Shown piece by piece: positions 22,824 to 36,443 of a stretch of DNA of 64,000 bases. Below the pieces are notes generated by a model. That model had not been told where the DNA came from. It searched no databases and saw only the letters and a list, made by a program, of their open reading frames with translations. The first letter of the stretch is position 1. Each line of letters starts with the position of its first letter. This DNA is from Adineta vaga (taxonomy: Eukaryota; Animalia; Rotifera), in NCBI GenBank assembly GCA_021613535.1, contig CP075492.1:9362001-9426000 (forward strand). Direction: 5' to 3'. A program made the position numbers and the translations under genes.

Positions 22824-24508
22824 ATGTTAACTCATGTTCTCCGACGTTGTTTCACTTCTTCTTTCATTCGACGATCTCTTTCTACAATTTCTAGTCCATC
22901 TCATTTTCCTTCATCACCTATACGAATTTGTGTCGTAGGGAGCGGACCAGCTGGTTTCTATTTAACACAAAATCTTCTTAAACTTTGTCAAACAATTCCA
23001 GTGACAATCGATATTCTTGAAAAAGCACCTGTCCCTTTTGGTCTTGTTCGTTACGGTGTTGCACCCGATCATCCTGAAGTGAAAAATGTCATTCATACAT
23101 TTACAAAAATTGCTGAACATGAACATGTTCGTTTCATTGGCAACATACATATTGGACAAACCATTCGTTTGCAAGAATTACAAGAATTCTATCATATTAT
23201 TGTTCTTGCCTATGGTTCATCAGTTGAACGTACATTAAATATTCCTGGTGAAACAAAATTAGGAAATGTTTTTTCTGCTAAAGATTTTGTTGGATGGTAC
23301 AATGGTAAACACAAAAAGTTGATTTGAGCAAGTATACAAAATTCTTCTCTTGATAGGTGTACCAGAAAATGCTGAACTTCGACCACAACTTGATTGTACA
23401 GATCGTGCTGTTATTATTGGCATGGGAAATGTTGCACTTGATTGTGCTCGAATTCTTCTTTCATCGATTGACCAATTAGCTAAAACAGATATTACGGATC
23501 AAGCACTGGAAATACTTCGTCAGAGTCGAATTCGACATGTTATTCTAGTTGGTCGACGTGGTCCAATGCAAATATCATTTACGATCAAAGAACTTCGTGA
23601 ATTAACAAAACTACATGGTGTACAATCAATGTTGGAAAAAGATGATTTCAAGCAAATTGATCAAACTATGATCGATAAATTAGATCGACCAAGGAAACGC
23701 TTGACAGAATTGATGTTAAAAACAGTTCGAACAAGTTTGTATATTCAATGAATTCTTCTCCACACTCTCAAGATATCTTTTAGATCAATCAAATGATCAT
23801 GCCGAACGATTTTGGTATTTGAAATTTTGGCGACGTCCAAAACAAATCAATGGAAAAACAATGGTTGAAAGTGTTGATTTTGAACATACAGAACCTGTAG
23901 ATAACAATCAATTCGCCGATGAAAATTTATCTGTTAAAGAGAACGGTACACTAGAAACTATACCATGTGGTCTTGTAATTAAAAGTATAGGCTATTATGG
24001 TGTTCAAGTAAGAATCTGTTGAGATAATATACCAACTATTTATGTTTTCCTGTCGTACAGATTGATCCGTGGTTACCATTCGATAAAGAACGTGGTATTA
24101 TTCTAAATCGACATAGTCGTATTGATGATCGACCTGGATTCTATTGTACTGGTTGGATTGGACGAGGAGCTCGAGGTGTCATTGTTGAAACAACCACTGA
24201 ATGTAAATTAGTTATTTATTTTTCGAATGATCGTCCATTCTATATGATTTATTTTAGCACATACAGTAGCAAAACGAATCATGGATGATATTGAACAAGG
24301 TCGTATAAGTAATTTACATGATATAAAATCGGGTGGTGATGGTTTAATATCACATGCAAAATCTCGGCAAATACAATGTATTTCATATGATGATTGGAAG
24401 AAACTCGATGCTCATGAAACAAGTCTTGGTTTAACTAAAGGAAAACCTCGTGAAAAGATATTAAATATTGAAAAAATGCTTGAATTAACTTCAACATCTA
24501 AAAGTTAA
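22824..24508 (+). CDS. FDXR: NADPH:adrenodoxin oxidoreductase, mitochondrial
   Basis: Arg/Ser-rich presequence; [12 protein letters not shown]; [19 protein letters not shown]; FVGWYNG; [15 protein letters not shown]; GRRGP; [10 protein letters not shown]; GKPREK. Confidence 0.96.
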
Positions 24509-24638
24509 TATTTATATTCAGTTTTCTTTCTATGAATGTTTTTCCTTCATCCAGATAATACTATTACGACTTGAACAGTACAACGAATAAATACTGTTTC
24601 GTATTTTTTTTCTAGTTAATCTTGATTTTTCAGATAGA

Positions 24639-25701
24639 ATGATGTTACGTTTAGTACCTTCTTTTCTACGACAATCATCATTGATAATTACGCGATGTGC
24701 TAGTCAAACATCCAATTCACATTCATCTGATAACCCTCGTGTTCGTCTTCATCCTGGAAATCAACAAACAATAGAAGAACTTGCTCAAGGAGAACGTAAA
24801 CTTGAAATTGAAAAATTATATGAATTTGAAAAATTGGAAATTAATGATCAATCTTCAACACGTGATGATTATCGTCACAATATCAATCGTTCGTTTTCTA
24901 CGTGTAAATCGAAAATTTTCATCTATCTGTATTTTCAGGTGGACAAAAGGGTGTATTTGATTTAGAAGAAATTCTTCAAATACTACGTGATGAACGTATG
25001 CGAGATATTTGTGTGATTGAAGTACCACCTGATCAACAGTATGCACGATATCTTGTCTTAGCAACAGCTTTTAGTGCTCGTCATTTGAAGAGTACAAGCG
25101 AATATATCATTAAATTAGTAAGAAATGATAAATGAATGATTAAACGAACTTCTTCTTTATTTAGTATAAAGCTAAGAAATCATCGAAAGATCCTTTTTTA
25201 AGTAATGATTGTCGAGATGGTTCAAGATGGCATGCAATGGATATGGGTATGCGTAACTAAAAGATTAGATTCTATGTTCTTTCTTTTGTTCTTATTATTA
25301 TTTCAGGTCATTTGGTATTACATATAATGGATGTCGAAATGCGTGAACAAAATGATCTCGAAACCTTATGGTGTGTTGGTCCAAAATATGATGATCAAGT
25401 CTATACTATTCAACAATCGTTAGATGCAATTAAAAAAATGGATGAACAATTGAAAGAAGAAGAAGTTTTATCAACTGCTGATAAATATCGTCCACTTGAT
25501 AATCCATTTTCACATGTCCGTCATCCATTGGAAGGACCTGGTATTTTTCAAGATCCACCGCCACGAAAGGAGATGACATTAGGTGATATTGCACACAAGA
25601 AACATGAAGAGGAACAAATTGATAATGAAGTTGAAAAGAATTTTATTGATCTACCGAGTGATCCAAAACCACCAGTCTATGATGGACAAAAAGTGAATTA
25701 G
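24639..25701 (+). CDS. MALSU1: Mitochondrial assembly of ribosomal large subunit 1 (RsfS/Iojap family)
   Basis: Presequence, then spliced GVFDLEEILQILRDERMRDICVIEVPPDQQYARYLVLATAFSARHL...WHAMDMGHLVLHIMD...NDLETLWCVGPKYDD. Confidence 0.88.
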
Positions 25702-26243
25702 ACTCTTTTTTCTATGTAGATATCTTCTTTTTTGTTCTTGTTGATTTGAATAAAAACATTAAACATGCATCTCAACTATGTATCAAATATATGCCTATAT
25801 GACATTTATAACATTGGAGCAATTGTCTTTAAATCAAGTATACGGCGAGATAATCCAACAAAATCCATTTCGATGATTGATCTCATTATTTAGTTTATGA
25901 TACATTTGGTTTTTCTTCTAAAATGATCGTATTTCTATGTTATCTTCACATAATATTGACTAATTTGTGAAAGATAAGAGTTAAATTTAGTTTTATTTTG
26001 ATGAGTAATAACATATTTATTATCAACAAGTATTTATATATCACCTAGACAATTATCATTACACATTTGTTTTGAAACAAGAGCATTACCTACATAAATC
26101 ATTCTTATGACTAATTCGTTGAAGAAAATGATATTGAGTAAATATTTGTTATTAGATCAAAACCAACTTGCATCTATATAAATTCGTTCTAGGTACGGAG
26201 ATCAATGACAACATCAAATTTATTTTAAATAGTATACAAAACA

Positions 26244-28729
26244 ATGGGATTAAATACAGGCTTCTATATAGTTTTATCCGTCTTGATAGTTCACAAGAGC
26301 TATGGAATTTCAAGTCCAATTCAACCATTTAGTAACTATAGATATGCTACAGAACTGCAGAGTAATACAGCTGATCTTTGGTGGACAGTGGACGAAGTAA
26401 AACAGGAAATTACGTTTGAATTACATATTCAAACAACAGGATGGATTGCTTTGGGAATTAGTCCAGGTATATCATATTAGATAAAATATTCATTGACTGC
26501 TTTTCTGTTCTATTTAGCCGGTGGAATGAAAGGTGCTGATATTGGTCTCGGATGGATTGATCAAACTGGTCAAGTACATTTTCAAGTATGTTATTATTAG
26601 AGAAATGCCATTTGCATCTCTCTCTCTCTCATTTGTTAGGATCGATATGCTTATAATAATTCACGACCAATTATTGATACAACAACAACAGATTGGTTTG
26701 GATTACAAGGTCGTGAACAAAATGGTTGGACAGCAATTCAATTCAAACGTTTACTCGATACATGCGATACTATGGATGTTGCAATTAAAGTTTGTTATCG
26801 ATTAAGAATATCATACTATACTAATATTCAGTTTATTTTATAGTCTGGCACTAATATACTTATCTTTGCCTATGGTCTTGAAGATCCTGATATGTCTCAA
26901 CCAAATGGTTTGATTTATTATCATGATAATCGACGAGGTTCTCGTATGTTACCATTACGATCTTATGGCAATCCATCTCCTGATGAAAAATTTGCCGATT
27001 TGGATTATTTTGATTTCAAATTAAACAATGTTCGTTAGTCAGAATTCAGTTTATTTTTTACATTCTGTTGAATCTCTATTTTCAGTATGTTGTGCCAGCA
27101 GATAGTACTACGTATCATTGCAAAATATATAAAGCACCATCTAGCTTAAAAGAACGAAAACATGCTATTGCTGTATGTGTTGTTTCCTTTTCTGAAGTCG
27201 ATACTATTTGATTATTTTAGCATAAAACAATTATTGATCCAGCAAATATCGATCTTGTACATCATTTATTGATGTATGAATGTAATCCTACAGCTGTCTT
27301 CGATGATAATAATTTACCTGACGGTTTATGTGATCAAATTTATGCAAAATTAATAGATTGTTCTGCCAATATAGCAACGGGATGGGCTGTGGGTGGTGAT
27401 AGTGTATGTTTACTATTAGTCATTTCATGCCAAAAATCATTGTACTTTTGAATAGATTGTCGAATTTCCAGAAATTGCTGGTTATCCAGTAGGAGGTGAT
27501 TTTGAGATTAAATATTACATGGTACAGATGCACTATGATAATCCAAAAGAAACACCAAGTATGGATATATGATTCAAGTTCGATTAAGATATCTATTTGC
27601 TTTTATATGTAGACCGTCGAGATAGTTCTGGCATTCGATTCTATCTTGGTAAAGAACATCGTCAATATGATCTCGGTTATCTCACTGTTGGAGCAGATTC
27701 AAATGCTATGGCTATTGCTATTCCACCACGTATCGATCGATTCATCATCGATTCTTATTGTCCAGCTAGTGCTACAACGGTATTTTATGAATCTATTTCA
27801 TTGCTTTCTCAAAACAAATTGATTTCTATTCTAGAAATTTCCAAAATCAGGCATTACAGTTACTACTGCATTTCCACATACACATTTACAAGGTATATAT
27901 ATATATATAAAACTAGATTGTGTGATCTAATTATTCATTTCTTGTGATAAAAGGTCGTAGTGTATGGACGAAGATTATTCGAAATGGAACAGCCGTAGAT
28001 TATTTATTCAATGGTGAAGCTTATGATTTTAACTATCAATTTGAAAATCGTCTTCATAAACCAATTCAACTATTTCCAGTAAGATATCTTTTTCTCTTTT
28101 TTCACGTTTACGAATATTTATTTCATTATATAGGGTGATGAATTAGCTACACGATGTGTTTATAGTACGGCAAACAAAGAAGAAATCACTCTGGTAAATT
28201 GATGATAACCCTAAAAGATAAAGCTTGCTTCATGCATAAGTCTATTTAGGGTGGTGAAAGAACAAAAGATGAAATGTGTCTACATATGTTTACTTATTAT
28301 CCACGAATGAATGATTTCTATGGGTGTATGATATCAACTCCTATAGAAGCGTGGAAAACGATGATGAATACTTCGCAGTAAATCTTTATTCATTTTATAT
28401 GATACAGGAATGAATACAGTGCTTTGTTTAGACCTACGGTATCCTATTCAGAAGTACGAAAATGGTTTATGGAATTGAAATGGACACCAGAATTAAAATT
28501 AAAATGGCAAGAATTTTATCATAATAGTCCTCGTTATCTTATCTCTGGTCGTGCAGGTAATTTCACGTATGAAGATCTACCCAAATTACCAACTTACAAA
28601 GATCTCAAACCATCTGAATGTAATAGTGATACGCATCCAAATACAGCCATCCATCAACATTCATTTACTATCTTTGCTCTTATTCCATTTATTATAACAG
28701 TTACATTCAACCTGTTTGTAACTGATTAA
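26244..28729 (+). CDS. MOXD1: DBH-like copper monooxygenase (DOMON + Cu type II monooxygenase), multi-exon
   Basis: Signal peptide; DOMON TTGWIALGISPAGGMKGADI; copper ligands LVHHLLMYEC, MHYDNP, FPHTHLQG, DEMCL; DSSGIRFY; YDFNYQ; hydrophobic C-terminus. Confidence 0.9.
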
Positions 28730-28933
28730 ATCTTTTATTAATAAAAACTAAAAGAACTGGTAGCATCATGAGTATACTTACCAATATCCTCATTCTTTTC
28801 GCGAAGTGTCATGTTCGTTATATGACAAATTGCTGTACTATAATGAATATACATAGAATATTGTAAATATAATTATATTCACCATTTATTTTCTTCGATT
28901 TCTATTCATCTGACTTTATGCTAGCGACAAGGA

Positions 28934-28963
28934 TGTGGGTGTGGGTGTGAGAGTAAGTGTGGG
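28934..28963 (+). repeat. Short degenerate TGTGGG hexamer array (telomere-repeat-like)
   Basis: TGTGGG TGTGGG TGTGAG AGTAAG TGTGGG: three perfect units in hexamer register within AT-rich intergenic DNA. Confidence 0.45.
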
Positions 28964-30557
28964 TCTGGACATAACACCTATATCCACCCTTAAGATATAA
29001 ATAACAGTTGATCTAGATCACTTACAAGATAAAACACATTATATCGATTTCGATAAGGACATATTGTACCTTTTGTGTACAAAAAGCATTTCAGCCTGTA
29101 TATAATAAGATTCTGTCTGTAACATTGGATGGATGGAGGGAGGAGTATAACAATCTCTTGACTTTAAACTTACTTATTTTTCTTAAAAAAAAATGTTAGT
29201 TTTCACAATAAAAGCGGTCACTGTGTATCGTGTTATCGACAACTCCAATTGATTGAATTGAATCTACATTGCTAGGCCCTATACTTTCAGTCTCGGGAAT
29301 AGCAATTAATCAGTACAGACTTAACTCATAGTTTTAGTATTGATTTTGGTGGAAAAATTGTCTTGCTGCTGTAAAAGTATAGTGTATACAGAAGGTTAAA
29401 TGGTTTTGTAAACTAAAACGCTCAAAAATGGTAATTTTTAACTAATTCTTTAATCGAATGTTTTCTGAATGTGCTCGACTTTACAATATAACGTAAATCG
29501 ATGTGCAGATGCGTTTAACAGATTTACTCTTTTCATTCAATTATTTTCCAGAATTACTAACATATTTTTCAAAATCTCTATTCCAACAATCACAGCAGCA
29601 ACATCGTGTTTCACACTTTCAGTTTCGTAGCAATTGCGCTAACAGCTTTTCATCATCTGAGTATTAATTGTTTAACTTGTTAACTGTTACTGTGATTGAA
29701 ATAGTTCGAATTATTAATTAAATAAATTATACCTACTGTTTTTCAATCTAAATTACAAATGTAAGCAAATAACTAGCTTCATATCTAAACGCAATACAGT
29801 TATTCGTTTTATCTTTTTATTCATCCACGAAATTATCAACATTTATCTTACATGTAAACATTATCTATTTCGAAGAACGCGATTTATTGACCTCATTTAA
29901 TATTGTATACCTGCGCAAAAATAATGACGATCAGTAATATGTTTGTATTACAACGAAGAACGAAAATTTTTCCAATCATAGCTCAGTATATGCTTTTTAT
30001 AACCTTGAATGGTGATATGACAGCTATTTTGACAAAACATATGAATAAAAATATTCTATAAAAAGAATAGTCCTTTATTTAGAAAAAAACTTATTGCACA
30101 TGAAGTTTATTGTCTAATTTAACTTGAATTATCGACGAGAGAATGACATTTTTCGAATAGAAACGATTTATATCGATATTTATAGTGATTTTTTACTTCA
30201 ACATTCATTTTTACAGAAAAATAGTACAAATATCCTATTCGAACAATATTTGACAGAAAAATCACAAATATTTGCAATGGGGAAACGGTAAGGAATTCTT
30301 TATATGAGTTAATGTATGATTTCAGTAGTTTAACGACAAGTCAGCGAAAGAGAATTCCGAGCAAAACTTATTCTCTTCATTGAATATCGAAAGTACAAAT
30401 TATATAGGTGACGATGAAAAATATTTTCACATATGTGTGTTCCGCCCATTACTTTGTCTGAAAGTATCATTAGCTGATTTGCTATCATCGTATCTAAAGA
30501 AGAAATTCATTTTAGTACCTGTTTTGACAAAAATACAAATGATCTTTGTAGATTGAA

Positions 30558-33500
30558 ATGAGTTTTATTGAACTCGAACGACCAGCCAATGAACGATCGG
30601 AATGTGATGAAATTTTTCGAATATCTGATTCTGGTATTGAACGACCGGTGCAAAATGTAACTTCTAAAGATGATAAAAAGTCAGAAAAAGAAGGTTTATT
30701 TCCATTACCTAAGTATGAATTGATTTTTTATTTTTCAAATGTAATTTCTTTTTGTATTTAGAGGAAGTTTATTTTGGTCCAAAGGATTATATAGAATACT
30801 TCTGATTGCATTTGGAATATTTGTATGTATATCAATTATTATTGGTATTCTGACAGTATATTATGGTTCACAAAAAGAAACAAGTCTGTCTGTTTTATTT
30901 GTCTGTATAGAAAATGTTAATTTTTTGAATTAATTTAGATAAAATTTGTGAATTAACATTCAAACGAACAATTCAAAGTTTAACAGGTTATAATTCTCGT
31001 CCAAAACAAGTTGTTAGTGGTGATTTGAATAATGATACTGAAATTGATTTAATCGTTGCTAATTCTGAAACTGATAGTATTGGTATTTTTCTTGGTTATT
31101 CAAATGGAACATTTACTAATCAAAGAACATATTTCACTGGATATAAATCTCGTCCATATTCAATTGCTATTGAAGATTTTAATCAAGATAATAAACTTGA
31201 TCTTATAATTGCATATTATGGTTATAATAGTCTTGGTATTCATTATGGTGATGGAAATGGATATTTTTCTAATCATCGAATGATTTCACTTGGTTCATCT
31301 CGTCCAATATCATTATCCATTGGTAATTTTAATAATGATAGTTATATTGATATTGCTGTTATTAATAATGGAACATCAAATTTACTTATATTATTAGGTT
31401 CTTTTGATGGATCATTTGAAATCTTCACTTCATATTTTATGGGTTATGATTCAATTCCATATTCAATGGATATTGCTGATTTAAATAATGATTTTTATCT
31501 TGATATTGTTATTGTTAATTATGGAATAGATAATTTAATGATTTTACTTGGTAATGGTGATGGAAGATTTATTAATAAATTTGTTTATTCAACTGGAAAA
31601 GGATCAAAACCATGTTCAATAATAATTGCTGATTTAAACAATGATTATTATATGGATATTGCTATAGCAAATTCAGGAAATGATAATATTGGAATATTTT
31701 ATGGATTTAATAATGGAACATTTACAAATCAAATAATTTATTCAACTGGATTAAATTCTAAACCAAATTTAATGAATAAAGGTGATTTTAATCGTGATAA
31801 TAAAATAGATTTAATTATAATTAATTCTGAAATGAATAATTTAATAATATTTGAACAAAATAATAATAAAACATTAACATTAATAACAAAACATTTATTA
31901 GAATATCAATCAGAAATATCATCAATAATAATAAATGATTTTGATCATGATAATCAATCTGATGTTATTCTTACAAATTTTAATTATAATAATTTTTTAT
32001 TTTTAAATCAATATAAATCAAATCCAATAATTAATTTATTAAAATATCCAACAGAATCCAATGCTTATTCAGTACGTGTTGATGTTATTGATTTAAATGA
32101 TGATAATCAATTAGATATGATTGTTATTAATCGTGATACAAATACAATTGGAATATTAATGGGAGAAAGAAATGAAATATTTGGAAATATAACATTTTAT
32201 ACAACTGGAGATTTCAGTCAACCATGGTCATTTGCAATTGGTGATATCAATAATGATAATAAACTTGATTTAGTTGTTGTTTTAACAAATCAAAGTGAAA
32301 TTTTAATTTTAATTGGAAATGGAAATGGAACATTTGAATATGGAAATCGTTATTCAACAGGTGAAAATTCATTTCCATATTCAATTATTTTAATTGATTT
32401 AAATAATGATACAAATTTAGATATTCTTATTGGAAATATTCTTACAAATAATATTTTGATTTTTATTGGAAATGGAAATGGAATATTTATTAATGAAAGA
32501 AATTATTCAATTGAAAGTGGTTCAAATTATATTTCTTTTCAAATTGGTGATATTAATTATGATCAAATTAATGATATTATAATTGCAAATTATCAAAGTC
32601 AAAATTTATGTATTTTATTTGGAAATTCGAATGGAATATTTTCAAATAATAAATATATTTCAACAAATAATGATAAACCATCAGATTTAATTGTAAAAGA
32701 TTTAAATCAAGATAATCAATTAGATATTATTTATACTTCTCCATTAACTTATTGTATTGGAATACTTTATGGATTAAATAATAATAATTTTACAAATATA
32801 ATTCGTTATTCAATTGGTATTGGATCTTATCCATGGTCATTAGCAATAATTGATTTTAATAATGATAAAATATTTGATATTGGTGTTGTTAATCTATGGG
32901 ATTCAAGTGTTTCAATTCTTTTAGGAACATTAACTAATGAATTTATTTTATCATATAAATTTTCAACTGGATCTTTATCTGAACCATCATCAATTGTATT
33001 TGCTGATATAAATAAAGATAAACAAATCGATATTATTGTTTCAAATACTCGTTCAAATAATATTGCAATTCTTCTTGTTTATTTTATATCAGATTTTCAA
33101 AATAATCAAACGTATTCAACTGGTTCTGGTCCACATCCATCGTCAATTGCATTAGCTGATTTAAATTTTGATCAACAAATTGAAATTATTGTAACAAATC
33201 CAGGAAATGATAATATTGAAATTTTATATAATTATTCAAATGAAAATCTAAGAAAAACATTGAAATATTCAACAGAAATCAATTCAAATCCACAATATGT
33301 ACAAGTAGGTGATGTAAATCATGATAATCAATCAGATTTAATTATTGTAAATTATCTACAAGATAATATTGAAATCTTTTATGGAAATTTAAATGGAACA
33401 TTTGATAAATCAATAAAATATTCTACTGGAACTCAATCATTACCAAATTCAATTGTATTAGGTGATTTTAATCATGATCAATGGATTGATATGGTAATTA

Positions 33501-35248
33501 CAAATGAAGGAACAAATAATTTTGCTCTTTTTATTGCATTTAATTATCCAACATATAGAAAAGAAGATATTTCAATATCAGGTATAACACCAAGTCCAAA
33601 TTATGTTGTTGTTGCTGATTTGAATAATGATAATTTTAGTGATATTGTTGTTCTTAATCAATATGGTGATACTATTGATATTTATTTAGGAAATAGAAAT
33701 GGATCATTTACTAATGAAATTACATTATTATTAGAAACATCATCTTCATCAACTTGTATTCTTCTAATTGATTTTAATCATGATAATAATCTTGATATAA
33801 TTGTTAGTAATTATAATATACAAACATTGGGAATATTTCTTGGTTTTGGTAATGGATCATTTCAATCTCAAATACATTGGACAAGTCCTCAAGTATTTAA
33901 TCCACGTTCCATTGTCTCGGCTGATTTAAATAATGATAAAAATCTTGATATTATTGTTGCAAATGATGGTTTAAATCGTTTGGAAATTTATTTTGGTGAT
34001 GGAAATTATTCACCAATAAATCGAAGAACATTATCAACTGGTGTTTCATCTTTACCAAGTTATGTTCTTGTTGATGATTTAAATCAAGATACATATTTGG
34101 ATTTAATTGTTGCTAATCCAGGTACAATGAATATTGGAATTTTCTTTGGTTTTGGTAATGGATCATTTCGACAACAGATAATTTATTCAACAAATAATTC
34201 TATTACACCACGTTCATTAGCATTAGGTGATTTAAATCGAGATAATAATATTGATATTGTTATTGGTGGTGATACAAGTTCAAATATTGGAATCTTTTTT
34301 GGTTCTTCCAATGGAACATTTTCTACAATGATTACGTATTCGATTATTTCTCAACCATTTATAAGTTCAATATTTATTATTGATTTAAATAATGATAATT
34401 CACTTGATATTATTCTTACTGATTGGGGAATATCAAATAATAATTTGGGAAATCTTGCTGTTTTATATGGATTTGGAAATGGTGAATTTGCAGTTTTGAA
34501 AAGTTATCTCATTGGTTTTAATACAAATCCAATTTTTGCTGCCTTTGCTGATTTGAATCAAGATAATCAATTAGATATTGTTACAGCAAATTATTTTAGT
34601 GATAGTATAAGTATTTTATTTCGTTCAGGCAATGAACCATTTGCCACACCAATTATGTATTCAACAGGAAATCAATCAATACCAAAAGCGATTGCTGTTA
34701 ATGATTTTAATAATGATCAACATTTGGATATTGTTGTAGCAAATTCTGCTACAAATAATATTCTAGTTTATTATGGTGATGGTCATGGAGTCTTTGGAAA
34801 TCAACAGAGTTATTCTACTGAAATCAATTCAATGCCAAGTGGTGTTGCTGTCGGTGACATCAATGTTGATAATTATACTGATATTCTTGTGATTAATTCA
34901 CAAACAAATGATCTAAGTATATTTCTGAATAATGGCAATGGAAGTTTTCGATTTCTACGAAATTATTCAACTGGTTCACGTTCTGTTCCCTCATCGATCG
35001 ATGTCAATGATTTGAATAATGATCATTATTTAGATATTGTTATTGCTAATTATGGTGCAAGTAATGTTCTGGTTTTCTATGGAATAGGAAATGGAAGTTT
35101 CTTAGAAGCACAGATCTATTCGATGGGTTATAATGCACATCCAAAATCAATTCGTATTGGAGATGTTAATCAAGATAATTTATTAGACATGGTTATTGCG
35201 AATTATGGATCAGACTATGTCGAAATTCTTCGACAAACTTGTAAATAA
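30558..35248 (+). CDS. Type II membrane protein with 28 FG-GAP/VCBS (DxNxDxxxD) beta-propeller repeats, 3 exons (about 30558-30712, 30762-30883, 30939-35248)
   Basis: Exon 2 encodes TM ILLIAFGIFVCISIIIGILTVYY. The 4.3-kb exon 3 has 28 countable D-[LFIV]-N-x-D-x3-D repeats, most followed by GxGNGTF turns. Confidence 0.88.
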
Positions 35249-35365
35249 TTATGTGATCTAATTTTAAGATTTTATTTCTGAATCGAGATATGTTGTAATG
35301 TTCGTCTTTTTTTTAAGATTTTTTCTTTGAGAAATAAAAGGTATATCGAAAAGAACAGAATAGTT

Positions 35366-36443
35366 TTATGCAATTGATTCATAAGTTTGTTGTTTTATTG
35401 TTGTTCGATGAATATTATTCTTTGTAATTGTAGCATTTATTGGATATATTTGTGTATGACGTTGTCGATGGCCGTATTTAACTAAAGATATTACTTGTTT
35501 TCGAAATGTACGTGAAACTAATGTGTTTGAATAGAATGACATTGTTATTAAATAGATTAATAATTCTGTTAAAGTTTTACAAAATGATTCGATTGCTTTT
35601 CGATCCGATGATTTATTTGTTATTGTTTTTGTCATTGTATCATAGATATTGAATGACATAAATGGAATAGTTGAGATAAGAAAAATAATAATCTGTATCA
35701 TCAACATAATTAATACTTGTCGTTCCTGTATCTGATTTCGTTGATTAGTTGAAATGACAATTCGACGATTTTGTTGATCGCGAAAATTCTTCCATATAAT
35801 TAGACTTGACATCGATACGATGAGAAATGGTAATACTCCACCGAGAAGAATTGTATAAAATCGATGATACATTGACACTGTTTCATCGCTAATTGAACAT
35901 GCAATATTACCAGGTGGTTGAATATTATTATAAATTAATGTATGAATTGGTAAAATTAGCCAAATAAAAATAATGAGAAGAACAATTCGGCGTGCAAATA
36001 TCAAAGATGAAAATCGACGAATGAAAACATTGGTTGAACATGAACTACAACGATCTAGACAAGCCATAACTAATAACCATCGACATGACATTGCACTTGT
36101 TTGATTTAAATATGATCTTGCTTTACAAAAACTTACAATTGTTGTGAAAGGATTTGGTGAATTATATAAAGCATATAATTGAGGAATTATACCAATAGGT
36201 AGAAGTATCAATGCACAAATGGATGATACCAGAAAATCTAGATGATAGTTAAGGATTCATTGGTTGATTTTCAATAAAAAAAATGAACTTACAAATACAA
36301 CATGAATTGGATCGTAATCGACGCATTGAAAAAAGTAAAATATTCATAAAAGAACCAACCATACCCAAAACGAAAAAAGTGGAATGACAATATTGTACCA
36401 TAAATTTTTGAGCAAGAGCTAAGGAATTTGCAAGTGAAGACAT
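35366..36443 (-). CDS. Orphan rhodopsin-like (class A) GPCR, 2 exons (36443-36293, 36237-35366)
   Basis: Seven hydrophobic segments; LRSNSCCIYFL in loop 1; Cys before TM3 (FCKARSY); ACLDRC DRY variant; TM5 GVLP; TM7 SFYSNTL followed by FRKQV. Confidence 0.85.

Noticed and set aside
28970-30200. Intergenic stretch examined for a transposon, MITE or pseudogene
   Set aside because: No terminal inverted repeats, target-site duplications or recognisable coding remnants were found by eye.
31025-35248. Periodic repeats as a CRISPR array or bacterial contamination
   Set aside because: The repeats are degenerate protein-coding FG-GAP units spliced to eukaryotic exons and flanked by intron-containing genes.
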